DNA of 24,376 nucleotides from contig JAZDIV010000079.1 of NCBI GenBank assembly GCA_043804695.1, forward strand, positions 1 through 24,376, in the 5' to 3' direction. How positions within the stretch are numbered: position 1 is the stretch's first letter; each line of letters begins with the position of its first letter. Both the position numbers and the translations under genes were made by a program. Under the pieces are notes generated by a model. That model had not been told where the DNA came from, did no database searches, and was given only the letters and a program-made list of their open reading frames with translations. This DNA comes from PVC group bacterium (GTDB taxonomy: Bacteria; Auribacterota; Erginobacteria; Erginobacterales; Erginobacteraceae). Shown here piece after piece: positions 9,699 through 19,394 of this stretch.

Positions 9699-9734
9699 TT
9701 ACAATGCCCGGGAAGCCGATACCTTCCATTTTTT
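9699..9734 (-). promoter_or_regulatory. Conserved bipartite upstream motif, copy 2 (candidate promoter of the 1569-aa C25 gene)
   Basis: Minus strand AAAAAAT-GGAAGG-TATCGGCTTCCCGG-GCATTGTAA, about 100 nt upstream of ATG 9595. Confidence 0.6.
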
Positions 9735-9865
9735 TTACGGTCGACTCTTTGGCATCCGGCTGCCATGGCTATGTAACATCTACGGCTATGGAAAAAGATA
9801 AAAAGGCCGGGGATTTTATCCGTCCGTCAGGCGGCCAAATAACCCGCACTACAGTGCCAACCGTT

Positions 9866-11587
9866 TCAGCGTCCCGGGACGGCCGGCCGCTCCGCGGGCG
9901 CCGGGTCGGGTCCCGGCGGGAAGGATAGCGGGGGCGGAGGCTCGATCAGGAGGAGTTCCGCCATCAGCGCAGGGGGAAAAGGTCTTTCCGGGACGGTCCG
10001 GAGAGGGATCGCCGGGGGCAATCCCCGGCATAGCGTGCCGGCGATGAACCCGACCCAGACCGTGTAGGTGTTGCCGATAAACAGCCCCGGCCCCTCGCCG
10101 TCCACGTGTTTATCCTCGCAGGGGATGAAGTTTCTCGCGGTGACGGTGACGTCGAATTCATCCCACCCGGCGGGGACGGAGAGCTTGAGCCGTCCCTCAT
10201 TGTCGGTCTTCCCAACGAGAAACTGGTTGCCCTGTTTCCTCAGGCAGACGGTCGCCCCCGCCACCGGGATCCATTTTTTCCCTGCCCGGAGGGGATAACC
10301 GGGTGGTGATCCGGACACTTCCAGCGGAAGCGGGTACCGGATATAGATCGGCAGTTCGGGATCACCGAGGAGGTTTATGTTCTCCATATCGTAGCGGCGA
10401 ATGGCCTCATTCGTGACTATCCCCGGGTTTCCTTCTTCCTCGACCGAAGCCTCGTACATGGCGATCTTTCCGGCGTCCATTACCGGACCCATCTTCCCGC
10501 TCTCCGCAAGTTCCTGGTAGCACCCGTCGAATAACCCGTACTTGAAGCCCGGCCCGCCGCTCCTGGCAGGTCCGATAAACCCGATGCCACCCCGTCCCGG
10601 AAGTTTGAGAAGCAACTCCCCGATCCCGTTCTCGCCGGGAGGATAGGTCCAGTTCGGGTAGGGATGTGTTTCGAGGTCGAACTGGCCGGTGGAGCAGCCG
10701 GCGCTGATGACCAGGGGAAGGCGGCTCCCGTTGTCGAGCCATTCGAGGTAGTTGTAACCGAGGATGTGCATCCCCCAGGGTGAGCCGTGGCCATAATATC
10801 CCGCGACGCTCACCCCCTGATTGATCTCATCGAAGAACGGGGCCGGGTTGTAGATCGAGGGCGTTGTTATTATTGTCGTAAAACCCGGAAGAGCGGACTC
10901 GAGAAGCTGCGCGTCTTCCGGTCCGTATTCCCCTATTTCAAGTTCGGTGCCGAAGAGGAGGCCCCGGGAGAACCAGTCGCACCCCGTGTTCCCGGGATAT
11001 TTTTCGTAATCGAGTATCTTCTGGACCATAACCTCCAATTCTTCCGGGGTTCGGGCGGGCAGGCGGCCGACATGGATCTCCGGGAATGGGCCGTCCCCCA
11101 TGATCCCGTAAAAGATGTCTGAGACCACCAGCCCGTCGGTGTAATAGAGATCTTTCCCCGTATCGTCCGGGCGGTAGTGAGGGGGGATGTCCTCCGCGTC
11201 CCCGGCCAGGAGAAGGTAGGTGATCGGCGTCAGGGACTTCTCATGCAGACTCTTGATAGATGCCGAAATTTCCTCGAATCCGGGATCGTCACCGATCTCC
11301 GAGAGCTCTATGATTCGGGTCCGAAGGCCTTTTTTCTGTTTCCACTCGACCAGCGGTTCGATGGCCGGCTTCAGTTCGTCGGGAACGACGATCAGGTAAT
11401 CGACCGTATTATAATGAGGGAGGAACTGATCGAGGCGGGTTTCAGGTCCTCGGGCGGGGACCTCCACCTGCCGTCGCGGACTGAATCTCGAGTATTCCCT
11501 TCCCTCCTGGCCGAAGGCAGCCGGGTAGATACCCGCCCCGGCCGCCAGAAGAAGCGTCAACAATGCGGCGCGGTTAACTGACTTCAT
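9866..11587 (-). CDS. Secreted C25 (gingipain-like) cysteine peptidase with C25_C Ig-like domain and Pro-rich tail, 573 aa
   Basis: DYLIVVP, WKQKKG, YLLLAGD, VGRLPA, KILDYE, catalytic YYGHGS and SAGCSTG, NLLGDP; C-terminal GATVCL...VTVTARNFIP. RBS GGAGG; signal peptide. Confidence 0.92.
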   Translation of the reverse strand: MKSVNRAALLTLLLAAGAGIYPAAFGQEGREYSRFSPRRQVEVPARGPETRLDQFLPHYNTVDYLIVVPDELKPAIEPLVEWKQKKGLRTRIIELSEIGDDPGFEEISASIKSLHEKSLTPITYLLLAGDAEDIPPHYRPDDTGKDLYYTDGLVVSDIFYGIMGDGPFPEIHVGRLPARTPEELEVMVQKILDYEKYPGNTGCDWFSRGLLFGTELEIGEYGPEDAQLLESALPGFTTIITTPSIYNPAPFFDEINQGVSVAGYYGHGSPWGMHILGYNYLEWLDNGSRLPLVISAGCSTGQFDLETHPYPNWTYPPGENGIGELLLKLPGRGGIGFIGPARSGGPGFKYGLFDGCYQELAESGKMGPVMDAGKIAMYEASVEEEGNPGIVTNEAIRRYDMENINLLGDPELPIYIRYPLPLEVSGSPPGYPLRAGKKWIPVAGATVCLRKQGNQFLVGKTDNEGRLKLSVPAGWDEFDVTVTARNFIPCEDKHVDGEGPGLFIGNTYTVWVGFIAGTLCRGLPPAIPLRTVPERPFPPALMAELLLIEPPPPLSFPPGPDPAPAERPAVPGR

Positions 11588-11621
11588 GGTTCATCCTCCC
11601 CCGGCTCTTTTTTTATCATGG

Positions 11622-11858
11622 CATTGTTCACAATAAACCGGATTTATGGATACATCGGGGTACGGCCGGGGAAATGATTCGGGACGGGATCCGGTCCGGG
11701 GCGCGGCGGGAAGGGGTTATCGGGCAGTTCCCGGGGTAGCTCTTTCAGCAGGAGCTTTTTATCCGGCAGCGGCCGGAGCTTGTTGGATGGTTTCCAGCCG
11801 CCGGCCTCCAGCGCGGGCTTCACCTTCGAGCACCCGCCGACCGTTATCTTGACCGTGA
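11622..11858. repeat. 237-bp direct repeat, copy A (3' end of the 1390-aa S8 gene plus 22 nt past the stop)
   Basis: Ungapped match to 19158-19394 with 12 mismatches by manual count (about 95% identity), offset 7536 bp. Confidence 0.95.
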
Positions 11859-14800
11859 TGGAAAATGTAAAGGAAGAAAAGGCTTTTCCGTCCGAGACGG
11901 TTATCATGATCTTCGAATAGACCCCGGCCTGGCGATAGGAAGGTGCCCACTTGAACCAACCTTTGGAATCCACACTGGCCCCGGGCGGCAGATTGCTTCC
12001 GGAGAAGACCAAAGGGTCATAATCAGGATCGCTGGCCGATACTTTAAATTCCAATTTATCGCCCTCATAAATTGTAATATCATTAATTTTTGTTATGGAT
12101 GGCGCGTGATTCTTTTCGTACCGGGCGGTCTTCTGATTATTAAATCTCCACATCGACCACTCGATTCGCTCCGGGTCTCCCTCGGTTTTTAAGACGTAAA
12201 TATTAACCGGTGTGTGCGGTTCACAAAAATACGTCCCCTCCTGGCAATATTTCCCGGTTACGACGATCTCGGTCTTGCCATCATTGTTAATATCCGCCAG
12301 AACCGGATCTTCGAAACACTCCCCGTCGGAAGCAAGCAACGTCTCCGTATACCATTGGCTTTCTTTCTTAAAAAAGCGCCTTACCCAATATTTTTCGTTT
12401 TGTCCAACTCCCTCTTCTCCAGCCGTGATTATATCCGGGCAACCATCATCATCATAATCCCCTACCACTGATTCTCCCGAACCATCGGCAAGCATATCCC
12501 CCATCATTTCTGAGTAGGCAACTTTCTCGATCAAGTTTCCCCATCCGCCGACGATAGTTAACCCTTTATCATAGAACGAGATCAATTCCGGTACGTCGTC
12601 ACCATTTAGATCGGCCAAGCTTGCGGTTGAGGTCGACGTGTCTTTATCCAGCTCTCGCGGATCATTCGAGAAAAGTTCTGACCCATCGTAACGATATACT
12701 TTCAGCCCATAATCAGAAGATCCGTCCTGCTTGCAGTCGATGATAATCTCGTCGCACTTATCCGCATCGAGATCGCCTGATATTACTTTTCCTGTTCCAA
12801 GAGACTTTAGCGCCGAGTCGCTTTCAAATAATTCCTTTTGCCAAAAAGGCAGGAACTTATCGCCGTCCACCTTAACCGTTTCCAGGTAGAACTGTTTCTG
12901 CTTCAAATTATCGCTCTCTTTGGTGACAACATACAGACCCGCTATTTTTTTCCCTTTCTCCACATAGGTAAAGACACCGCCGGTATGGATAATCGGGTGC
13001 TGAGGAATGAACTCACCCAACCAATCTCCCTGACTGGAGAGAATCAACAATTTATTGCCTTCGCCTGTTTCGTGGCGGGCACATAATATAATTTCATCAC
13101 TCACGTCTTGATTGACATCAAATATCATGATGCTCTTGCTCGGCGTTTCGGATGGGGGGAAAGAATTTTCCTGGACTTCGGTTACCGAATCCAGATTCAG
13201 ACCAACCAGAGCATCGACCTTGATTTTATCCCCGGGCGGAGAGCTCCCGGACGTATAGCATACCAGCGCGTCCTTTTTACCGTCTTTATCGACATCTACT
13301 ATCGGACAATTCTTCAATGATTTAGAGCTTTCGCTGAAATACTGATCGACCAGATTGCCCCAGGCGTCGTAAACAAACAGCTTGGGATTCTGTTTCGAAT
13401 AGCCCGGAGCCCAAGGTTTATAGGAAGAATTCTTATGGCAATGAAAAGGGAATATTATTTCTTTGGCGCTATCCTGGTTAAGGTCAAAAATAGTTTTGTC
13501 ATTGAATTCACCACCGGTGATCTGATCCGGCTTTTGGGGCCAACCGTCAATAATGTTAGAATTTATATTTATCGAACGTTTTTCTTCATTAATATATCCG
13601 TTATAGGATGCCACGAGCTTGAGGGTGACCACCCCATCCCCGGATAAATTCAAGCTCCCCAGGTCCATCTCCCCGATGGTGTCGTATTCGTTGGGCAATG
13701 CCGCCTTGCCCTCAAGCATCTTCTGGTAAGAATCGGGGTCTTCACCAATCCCGGCCCAGATTTCATAATGGTCCAATGTACTGCCGCTTATCCTCCCTTT
13801 AATTGTAACTTTGCTCTTTAATCCGTATGACTCTCCCGAGAAGGGAATCCAGATTCCGGTTTTGTTAACGCTGAACCGCTTTCTCACTTCGAAATATTTG
13901 TCTGTTTCGCCCGGGACCGCCAACCTCGCCCTCACCGTATATAACCCGTCCGGCCGATCAGTAGAAAATGGGCAGATCGCACGATTGTCGGTAGTCACCT
14001 TATAAAAAAGTGGATCCCATGTCTCCGGGTTCAAGCCTAAGCCGCAGTCTAAAATAAGATCTTGCGCCAGAAATTGGCTTCCCAAACCTTTGACCATAAT
14101 AGAGAAATCTTGATTGATCTCTATCTGGTCCACAAAATAATCATCTGGAAATAGCTTCTTGGGTCCGAATTCAATAGTCAGTGCTGGAATGTCGGGATGA
14201 TTCAATAAGAACTCCAGCGCCTTTGAGGCGTTCAACTTGCCGTAACCGGAGGCGTCGTCAAAGCCCGGCTCATATGTGAAACCAGATAACTCATTTTTGT
14301 AACTCAAGTCTTCGGCGCTACACCGCAAAACCTGCCTCACCTGTTCATTATTCAAGTCGGGCCGGAGAGCGCATAAGAGCGCGGCCACCCCGCTCACATA
14401 GGGAGCAGAAAATGATGTCCCGGAACCCTGGCCATATAAACCTGCCTCATCAATCGGCTCCAAGGCGGTGGGGTTCTCGCTCGTATCATGGGAATACAGG
14501 GAGAGAATAATTACCCCCGTAGCTAACAGGTCAATCATGCCGTAATTTGAACTACTAAATTTTTTGTACAACTCTTTGCCCGGTATTCCGACATAAAACC
14601 CATTACCGACGGAGATCACTCTATCGCAGTTGTTGGGAAAATATAATTTGACGTCCTGGTAATCGTTTCCCGCCGCAAAAACCACAATGCACTCTTCTTT
14701 TTCCGGATTATAATCGGAAGAGTCGGGATCGTCCGGCAAAACGGCATACTCGATGGCCTGATATAATCCTGAATCAAATGAGGTTCCCCTCCAACTGCAA

Positions 14801-15816
14801 TTGATAACCTTTGCCCCGTTATTGGCGGCATAAATGATGGCCACATCTTCCTTTTTGGATTCCATTGTTCGATTTAATGCCATGATCTTCGCCTCGGGCG
14901 CCACTCCGATAATGCCTTCGCCGTTGTTGCCCTTGGCCGCGATGATTCCGGCGATGAAAGTCCCATGGTATGTATAGTCCATCGCCTCGAAGGGTCCATA
15001 GACATCGTCCACATAGCCATTCCCGTCGTCATCCAGCAGGTTACCGGCAATTTCGTCCTCATTGATCCAGATCTGCCCTTGCAGGTCGGGATGAGTATAA
15101 TCAACGCCGGTATCCACCACCGCCACCACCACAGGTTGCGCATCTCCCGGGAGGTTTTGATAAAAAATCTTCCATCCTTCCGCGGCTTCGATGTCGATAA
15201 GTCCGCGTGCGTAAGGATAGGAGTCCCATTCGTCGTCCTGGTTTTCATCAATGTAGGTATCATTGGGTAAAGTATTCGGAAATTCGCAATCCCGATAGAT
15301 GGGCACCGGCCCCACGTACTCAAAAAGGGGTGACCTTTCTCTGAGCTCATTTATCAGGTCTTCCAATGGGATACTCTCCGGAAAACTCATTCGGAACGTT
15401 CGCCGCAGGCGGTCTTTGACTTCCCGCATCCTCACTTTCTGTTCCGGAGTGATTCTTTTTCTCTTTTCCTCCGCTTCTCGGAGCTGAGGCTGAGTCAACT
15501 GCCTACGGATAATGTTGAAAGTGAAATCCGGGCATAAGTGGCGGATTTCCTTAATCCGGTATTTTCTTAAAATCGAGGCAAGATAAGGATCTTGGCCGAA
15601 GGCACTCTTAACATCGTAGCCGTTCATTCCCGGTTCTCTCTGTAAGACATCGGCCAGACCCTTGGTCACGACCACCTCAACCACCCCGGGCAAGCAGGAG
15701 GGCTCCTTCTCTCCCTCATCCGGGGTAAGAGCGGATAAATTTTTCGCGGAGGCTTCCGCTATTAACAAAGTCCCGATTAACGGCACCAAGCCGAAAAAAA
15801 TGGATTTAACCTTCAT
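11644..15816 (-). CDS. Secreted S8 subtilisin-like serine peptidase with FG-GAP-like repeats, putative Ig (He_PIG/cadherin-like) domain and Pro-rich tail, 1390 aa
   Basis: Triad VVDTGVD, YHGTFIAG, GTSFSAPYVSG; oxyanion FAAGND; GYGKLNA. Repeats DLNGDDVPE, DINNDGKTEI and similar. NHAP...ASDPDYDPLVFSGSNLPPGAS..WAPS Ig module. Confidence 0.93.
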   Translation of the reverse strand: MKVKSIFFGLVPLIGTLLIAEASAKNLSALTPDEGEKEPSCLPGVVEVVVTKGLADVLQREPGMNGYDVKSAFGQDPYLASILRKYRIKEIRHLCPDFTFNIIRRQLTQPQLREAEEKRKRITPEQKVRMREVKDRLRRTFRMSFPESIPLEDLINELRERSPLFEYVGPVPIYRDCEFPNTLPNDTYIDENQDDEWDSYPYARGLIDIEAAEGWKIFYQNLPGDAQPVVVAVVDTGVDYTHPDLQGQIWINEDEIAGNLLDDDGNGYVDDVYGPFEAMDYTYHGTFIAGIIAAKGNNGEGIIGVAPEAKIMALNRTMESKKEDVAIIYAANNGAKVINCSWRGTSFDSGLYQAIEYAVLPDDPDSSDYNPEKEECIVVFAAGNDYQDVKLYFPNNCDRVISVGNGFYVGIPGKELYKKFSSSNYGMIDLLATGVIILSLYSHDTSENPTALEPIDEAGLYGQGSGTSFSAPYVSGVAALLCALRPDLNNEQVRQVLRCSAEDLSYKNELSGFTYEPGFDDASGYGKLNASKALEFLLNHPDIPALTIEFGPKKLFPDDYFVDQIEINQDFSIMVKGLGSQFLAQDLILDCGLGLNPETWDPLFYKVTTDNRAICPFSTDRPDGLYTVRARLAVPGETDKYFEVRKRFSVNKTGIWIPFSGESYGLKSKVTIKGRISGSTLDHYEIWAGIGEDPDSYQKMLEGKAALPNEYDTIGEMDLGSLNLSGDGVVTLKLVASYNGYINEEKRSININSNIIDGWPQKPDQITGGEFNDKTIFDLNQDSAKEIIFPFHCHKNSSYKPWAPGYSKQNPKLFVYDAWGNLVDQYFSESSKSLKNCPIVDVDKDGKKDALVCYTSGSSPPGDKIKVDALVGLNLDSVTEVQENSFPPSETPSKSIMIFDVNQDVSDEIILCARHETGEGNKLLILSSQGDWLGEFIPQHPIIHTGGVFTYVEKGKKIAGLYVVTKESDNLKQKQFYLETVKVDGDKFLPFWQKELFESDSALKSLGTGKVISGDLDADKCDEIIIDCKQDGSSDYGLKVYRYDGSELFSNDPRELDKDTSTSTASLADLNGDDVPELISFYDKGLTIVGGWGNLIEKVAYSEMMGDMLADGSGESVVGDYDDDGCPDIITAGEEGVGQNEKYWVRRFFKKESQWYTETLLASDGECFEDPVLADINNDGKTEIVVTGKYCQEGTYFCEPHTPVNIYVLKTEGDPERIEWSMWRFNNQKTARYEKNHAPSITKINDITIYEGDKLEFKVSASDPDYDPLVFSGSNLPPGASVDSKGWFKWAPSYRQAGVYSKIMITVSDGKAFSSFTFSITVKITVGGCSKVKPALEAGGWKPSNKLRPLPDKKLLLKELPRELPDNPFPPRPGPDPVPNHFPGRTPMYP

Positions 15817-15840
15817 TGGTCATCCTCTTCTCTGAAGAGA

Positions 15841-18800
15841 TTACTGGTTCAACCAATCGACCGCCTTTTTCAAGAGTAGTGCCGCCTGGTCGGGGTTTTT
15901 GATTTTGGAGAACGGGAAGCTCAGGACAACGACTTTATAATAGATGGTGGGGTCCTCGTACCTGCTCCCGACATATGGATTTTCAAGCGGTTCTTCCGGT
16001 GTGAAGATTCCCTTCGCGACGGCATCAGTCGCGAATGAATTGCAGTTGCCCCAGGGTGTCCCGTACAGAGCTACATTCAGTTCTGAGGTGATGGGGTCGC
16101 CGGCTACTCCGTTCGCGCGGCTGATCGTTTCATACAAATCCGAATCCGGGGAAGTGACCGAGTTGATTTTGAGGTACCCGGACATAAATTCTGAGGGCAT
16201 CCAGAAAATGCCGCGTCCGGCCAAGAGAAGCCTACCCCCTCCTTTTAAGTACGGGGTCGCGCTTTTCGTCCTCAAGTTGCAGAAAGGATTCCCGATCCCG
16301 CTATCCCACAACACCACGTCGTACGGGAAGAGATCGCCCGGTTCGGGAAGGGAGTGCTGCTCCCAAGCCAGGCTATCCCACACATCATAGTCAAAACCAT
16401 ACTTATCCAACGCGCTCTCAAACGCCGACGGGTCTGCCCCATATCCATCGTCATCCACGACCAGGATCGGAGCATTTGGCGTAGTGGTAAAAACACCGGG
16501 GACGACCTGGTTGACTTCGTTACCCACCTTGTCCCGGACCTTTAGGATCAATACATAGGGGTAAGTTGGGACAAGATCAGAGATCAATACCTCGTGCGTG
16601 ATCCCCATATATGGGAGACATCCTCTTTGGGGGACCGTCATCGGTATATAAATTTTACTTGGATCGATATCGCAATAGGCTTCGGCGATCGGCTGAGCGA
16701 GTTCGTCCGTAATGAATTGCAATATGAAGTGAGTCGGCCCCGCGGTAACCTGGATATCGGAAACGACCGGTGGCTGGGCGTCGACCTGCGAGGTTGACTT
16801 TACGAGGAAAGGTTGGCCATTGGCAGCTTTAGGATCGGTATATTCGACGGTAATCACGTCCCCGTGCTTTACCTTGAGCTGGGTGGTCTTCTGGGGCGGA
16901 TCGAGGGTTAAGTCCACGTATCCACGAAAAAGCGAGGGATCGTTGCCATAGCGGTGGAGCATGATCGCCTTCCCCCGGCTCCAGTCGCTCTTCACCTTGA
17001 CCGTGACCGATTGTGTCCCGGCGGGGAGGTTGAGATCGGTCAGCCAGATCCTCGCGGTCGCGCCCGCCGGATAGAGATCGCGGTCAAAGCGGACCGAAGC
17101 CGTCTCGCTCCTCACCTTCAGGGGGGTCTCGGGATCGCCGAGCAGATTGAGCTCGTATAAGTCGTACAAACCCCAGATACCCATCCAGAGGTTGTCTTCC
17201 TTGGAATCCTGAAGCGTCTTGCCGAGGTTGGTGATCCGCTCCATGAAGAGCGCGTCCCAGAACTCCTTCGCGCAATGCTGGGAAGAAGAGTCGGTCCCCT
17301 CATACGACCACCAGCCGTAGCGGGAGTTGGCGACCACGGCGAAGGCGCCCTTCTCCCCCGTCACCAGCTCTTCGGCCACGCAGTCGGGACCGTATTCCTG
17401 GAAGGTGCCCAGGAGCCGGTTATCAAAGGCCCCCGCCCAGCACCCCCCGAAGTAGGCGAAGAAATGATCTTCGTTTGTCAGGAGGTCCATGTCCGTGGAG
17501 TAAAGCTTCACGACCTTATCAGTGGTGGCGTGCCCTTCCTGGGCGATGAGATGGACACCCTGGTTGATCAGGTCCACGATCGCCTGCTGCGGCCAGCCGT
17601 CCGGCCCGTTCTCCTGGTCGTAAAGTGTCTGGACATTCAGAAACGGGCACGCCGAAAAGCCAGGTTTGTATATATGGGGGAACGGGTTCGGATAATGAAG
17701 ATCTTCCAGGTAATATTTCCCGTAGGTTGTATCGCACTTCCACTGCTCCTTCCCGATATAAGCGCCGAGCCATTCTCCGACCAGAACGGCCTGGTGGAGA
17801 TACTCGCCGGCGGAATTCTCATAGGCGACGGTCTTACTCACGAAATGCTTGACTTCCTCGATTGAGTCCACCGGGGCCCGGCCGACGTACACCTCGGCGA
17901 GCAAATCCACCAGGTCTCCGCCCTCTCCATCATCGAGCTCGCCGTAGATGCCGTCGGCGTCAGCGTCAAACGTCCCGTCGAGGCAGGCGTAGTAGATGTC
18001 CGCCGGGATCCAGTTGTCCCAGGTCATGCTGCCTTCCTCATTGGCGGCGTCCGGGTCCGATAGCAGCCGGTGGGGAACGACCACCTCGCCCCCGCCGCCG
18101 TCGGAATCTCCGCCCAGGAGCACGTATTCAGTCCCCCACACGTTGAAGGCGTCGGTGATGAAGTTCCGGATCCGGGTCTGATCGTCCTCTCCGCCCTCGG
18201 GCTTAGTTCCGTCATAATTGGCGTAAATCCACTCAGTCGACACTATCTTGCTCGAGATCCCTCTCTTTTTCTTTTGCTCCATTAAAACATACCAGCTGTT
18301 CTCGCCCTGATAGTCCATGAATTCCTGGCTGGTGATGATCACGTATTTGACCTCGTAAGCTAAAGGAGTCAGGGACGATGCGCCGCCACCAGCCTGGCTG
18401 CGGCTGGAGGCCTGGCGGTAATGCTCGTAGAATCCGTTAACGTCCGCTTGATTATCGGCAAGGCTTTTGAGTCTCCTTTTCGTCTGCTCTCCGTCCCTGA
18501 ACCGGGGGGCGACAGCGCCCGGACTCGAACCGGACCACTTTTTCGGAACGAGTTCCAGATCGATGCTTAAAGAACTGAAATAGGAGAGCTTCCCCGCCGC
18601 CGGCAGATATTCCACCGGATAGAGGTTGATCACGGCCAACCGGCAACCGTTTAGCCGCTGGATTCCTAAGAAAGAATATGTTTTTGCAGGATAAGGGGAG
18701 CCGCTGCGGTATATTTCCGAAAGAACTGTTGTAGCTTCACCCGGGCAGGGACAAGCGCCATGGACTTGACGGGATCCCGGCCTCACCAGGTAATTGCCCG

Positions 18801-19086
18801 CAAGAGACCTCTTTGCCCCCGGGCGAATCGTTATGTTGATCACTTCGGTTTCGGGGGGCAGTAGCAGCTTGACCGGCCGGACGAGCAAAGACGGCTCGCC
18901 TTCTTTCCCGAAGGTCTCCGTCCCCGCCATACTGACATCGTGATAGCCATCAACTGCAGTAACGGTAGGGGGCTCGAATTTGCAGGTGTAGCTAACGGTC
19001 TCGGCATGCCCGCTCCCGGCCAGGATTAAAACCGCCGCGGAGAACAACGACAGGAAGGCGGCTGCTCTAATTGAAAGATTTTTCAT
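15841..19086 (-). CDS. Secreted C25 (gingipain-like) cysteine peptidase with propeptide and C-terminal accessory domains, no Pro-rich tail, 1081 aa
   Basis: GEPSL propeptide; YVIITS, YVLLGGD, PADIYYA, VGRAPV, catalytic QEGHA and GGCWAGAFD, LNLLGDP; terminal ILVVDDDG...AVDWL alpha/beta domain. RBS AAGGAG. Confidence 0.92.
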   Translation of the reverse strand: MKNLSIRAAAFLSLFSAAVLILAGSGHAETVSYTCKFEPPTVTAVDGYHDVSMAGTETFGKEGEPSLLVRPVKLLLPPETEVINITIRPGAKRSLAGNYLVRPGSRQVHGACPCPGEATTVLSEIYRSGSPYPAKTYSFLGIQRLNGCRLAVINLYPVEYLPAAGKLSYFSSLSIDLELVPKKWSGSSPGAVAPRFRDGEQTKRRLKSLADNQADVNGFYEHYRQASSRSQAGGGASSLTPLAYEVKYVIITSQEFMDYQGENSWYVLMEQKKKRGISSKIVSTEWIYANYDGTKPEGGEDDQTRIRNFITDAFNVWGTEYVLLGGDSDGGGGEVVVPHRLLSDPDAANEEGSMTWDNWIPADIYYACLDGTFDADADGIYGELDDGEGGDLVDLLAEVYVGRAPVDSIEEVKHFVSKTVAYENSAGEYLHQAVLVGEWLGAYIGKEQWKCDTTYGKYYLEDLHYPNPFPHIYKPGFSACPFLNVQTLYDQENGPDGWPQQAIVDLINQGVHLIAQEGHATTDKVVKLYSTDMDLLTNEDHFFAYFGGCWAGAFDNRLLGTFQEYGPDCVAEELVTGEKGAFAVVANSRYGWWSYEGTDSSSQHCAKEFWDALFMERITNLGKTLQDSKEDNLWMGIWGLYDLYELNLLGDPETPLKVRSETASVRFDRDLYPAGATARIWLTDLNLPAGTQSVTVKVKSDWSRGKAIMLHRYGNDPSLFRGYVDLTLDPPQKTTQLKVKHGDVITVEYTDPKAANGQPFLVKSTSQVDAQPPVVSDIQVTAGPTHFILQFITDELAQPIAEAYCDIDPSKIYIPMTVPQRGCLPYMGITHEVLISDLVPTYPYVLILKVRDKVGNEVNQVVPGVFTTTPNAPILVVDDDGYGADPSAFESALDKYGFDYDVWDSLAWEQHSLPEPGDLFPYDVVLWDSGIGNPFCNLRTKSATPYLKGGGRLLLAGRGIFWMPSEFMSGYLKINSVTSPDSDLYETISRANGVAGDPITSELNVALYGTPWGNCNSFATDAVAKGIFTPEEPLENPYVGSRYEDPTIYYKVVVLSFPFSKIKNPDQAALLLKKAVDWLNQ

Positions 19087-19157
19087 CTCCTTCAGCTCCT
19101 TGATTGCAATTCACATAGATATTCACTGGCGATAAGCGCTACTGATTGCTCTTCAGT

Positions 19158-19394
19158 CATTGTTCACAACGAACCGGATTTATGGATACATCGGGGTACG
19201 GTCACGGAAATGATTCGGGACGGGATCCGGCCCGGGGCGCGGCGGGAAGGGGTTAGCGGGCAGTTCCCGGGGTAACTCTTTCAGCAGGAGCTTTTTATCC
19301 GGCAGCGGCCGGAGCTTTTTGGATGGTTTCCAGCCGCCGGCCTCCAGCGCGGTCTTCAGCTTCGAGCACCCGCCGACCGTTATCTCGACCGTGA
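19158..19394. repeat. 237-bp direct repeat, copy B (3' end of the 513-aa gene plus 22 nt past the stop)
   Basis: Ungapped match to 11622-11858. Confidence 0.95.

Noticed and set aside
9616..9928. Plus-strand small ORFs (61 and 84 aa) in the intergenic gap
   Set aside because: No RBS or motif, they oppose the cluster's orientation, and they overlap the conserved upstream motif.
19092..19160. 22-codon minus-strand ORF (MTEEQSVALIASEYLCELQSRS) before the 1081-aa gene
   Set aside because: No SD sequence; its ATG comes from the edge of the repeat cassette, so it is probably incidental.
11622..19394. Repeat pair as a diversity-generating retroelement TR/VR
   Set aside because: Mismatches are not adenine-specific on either strand (they include G/C, C/T and G/T), both copies are coding C-termini, and there is no reverse transcriptase in the window.
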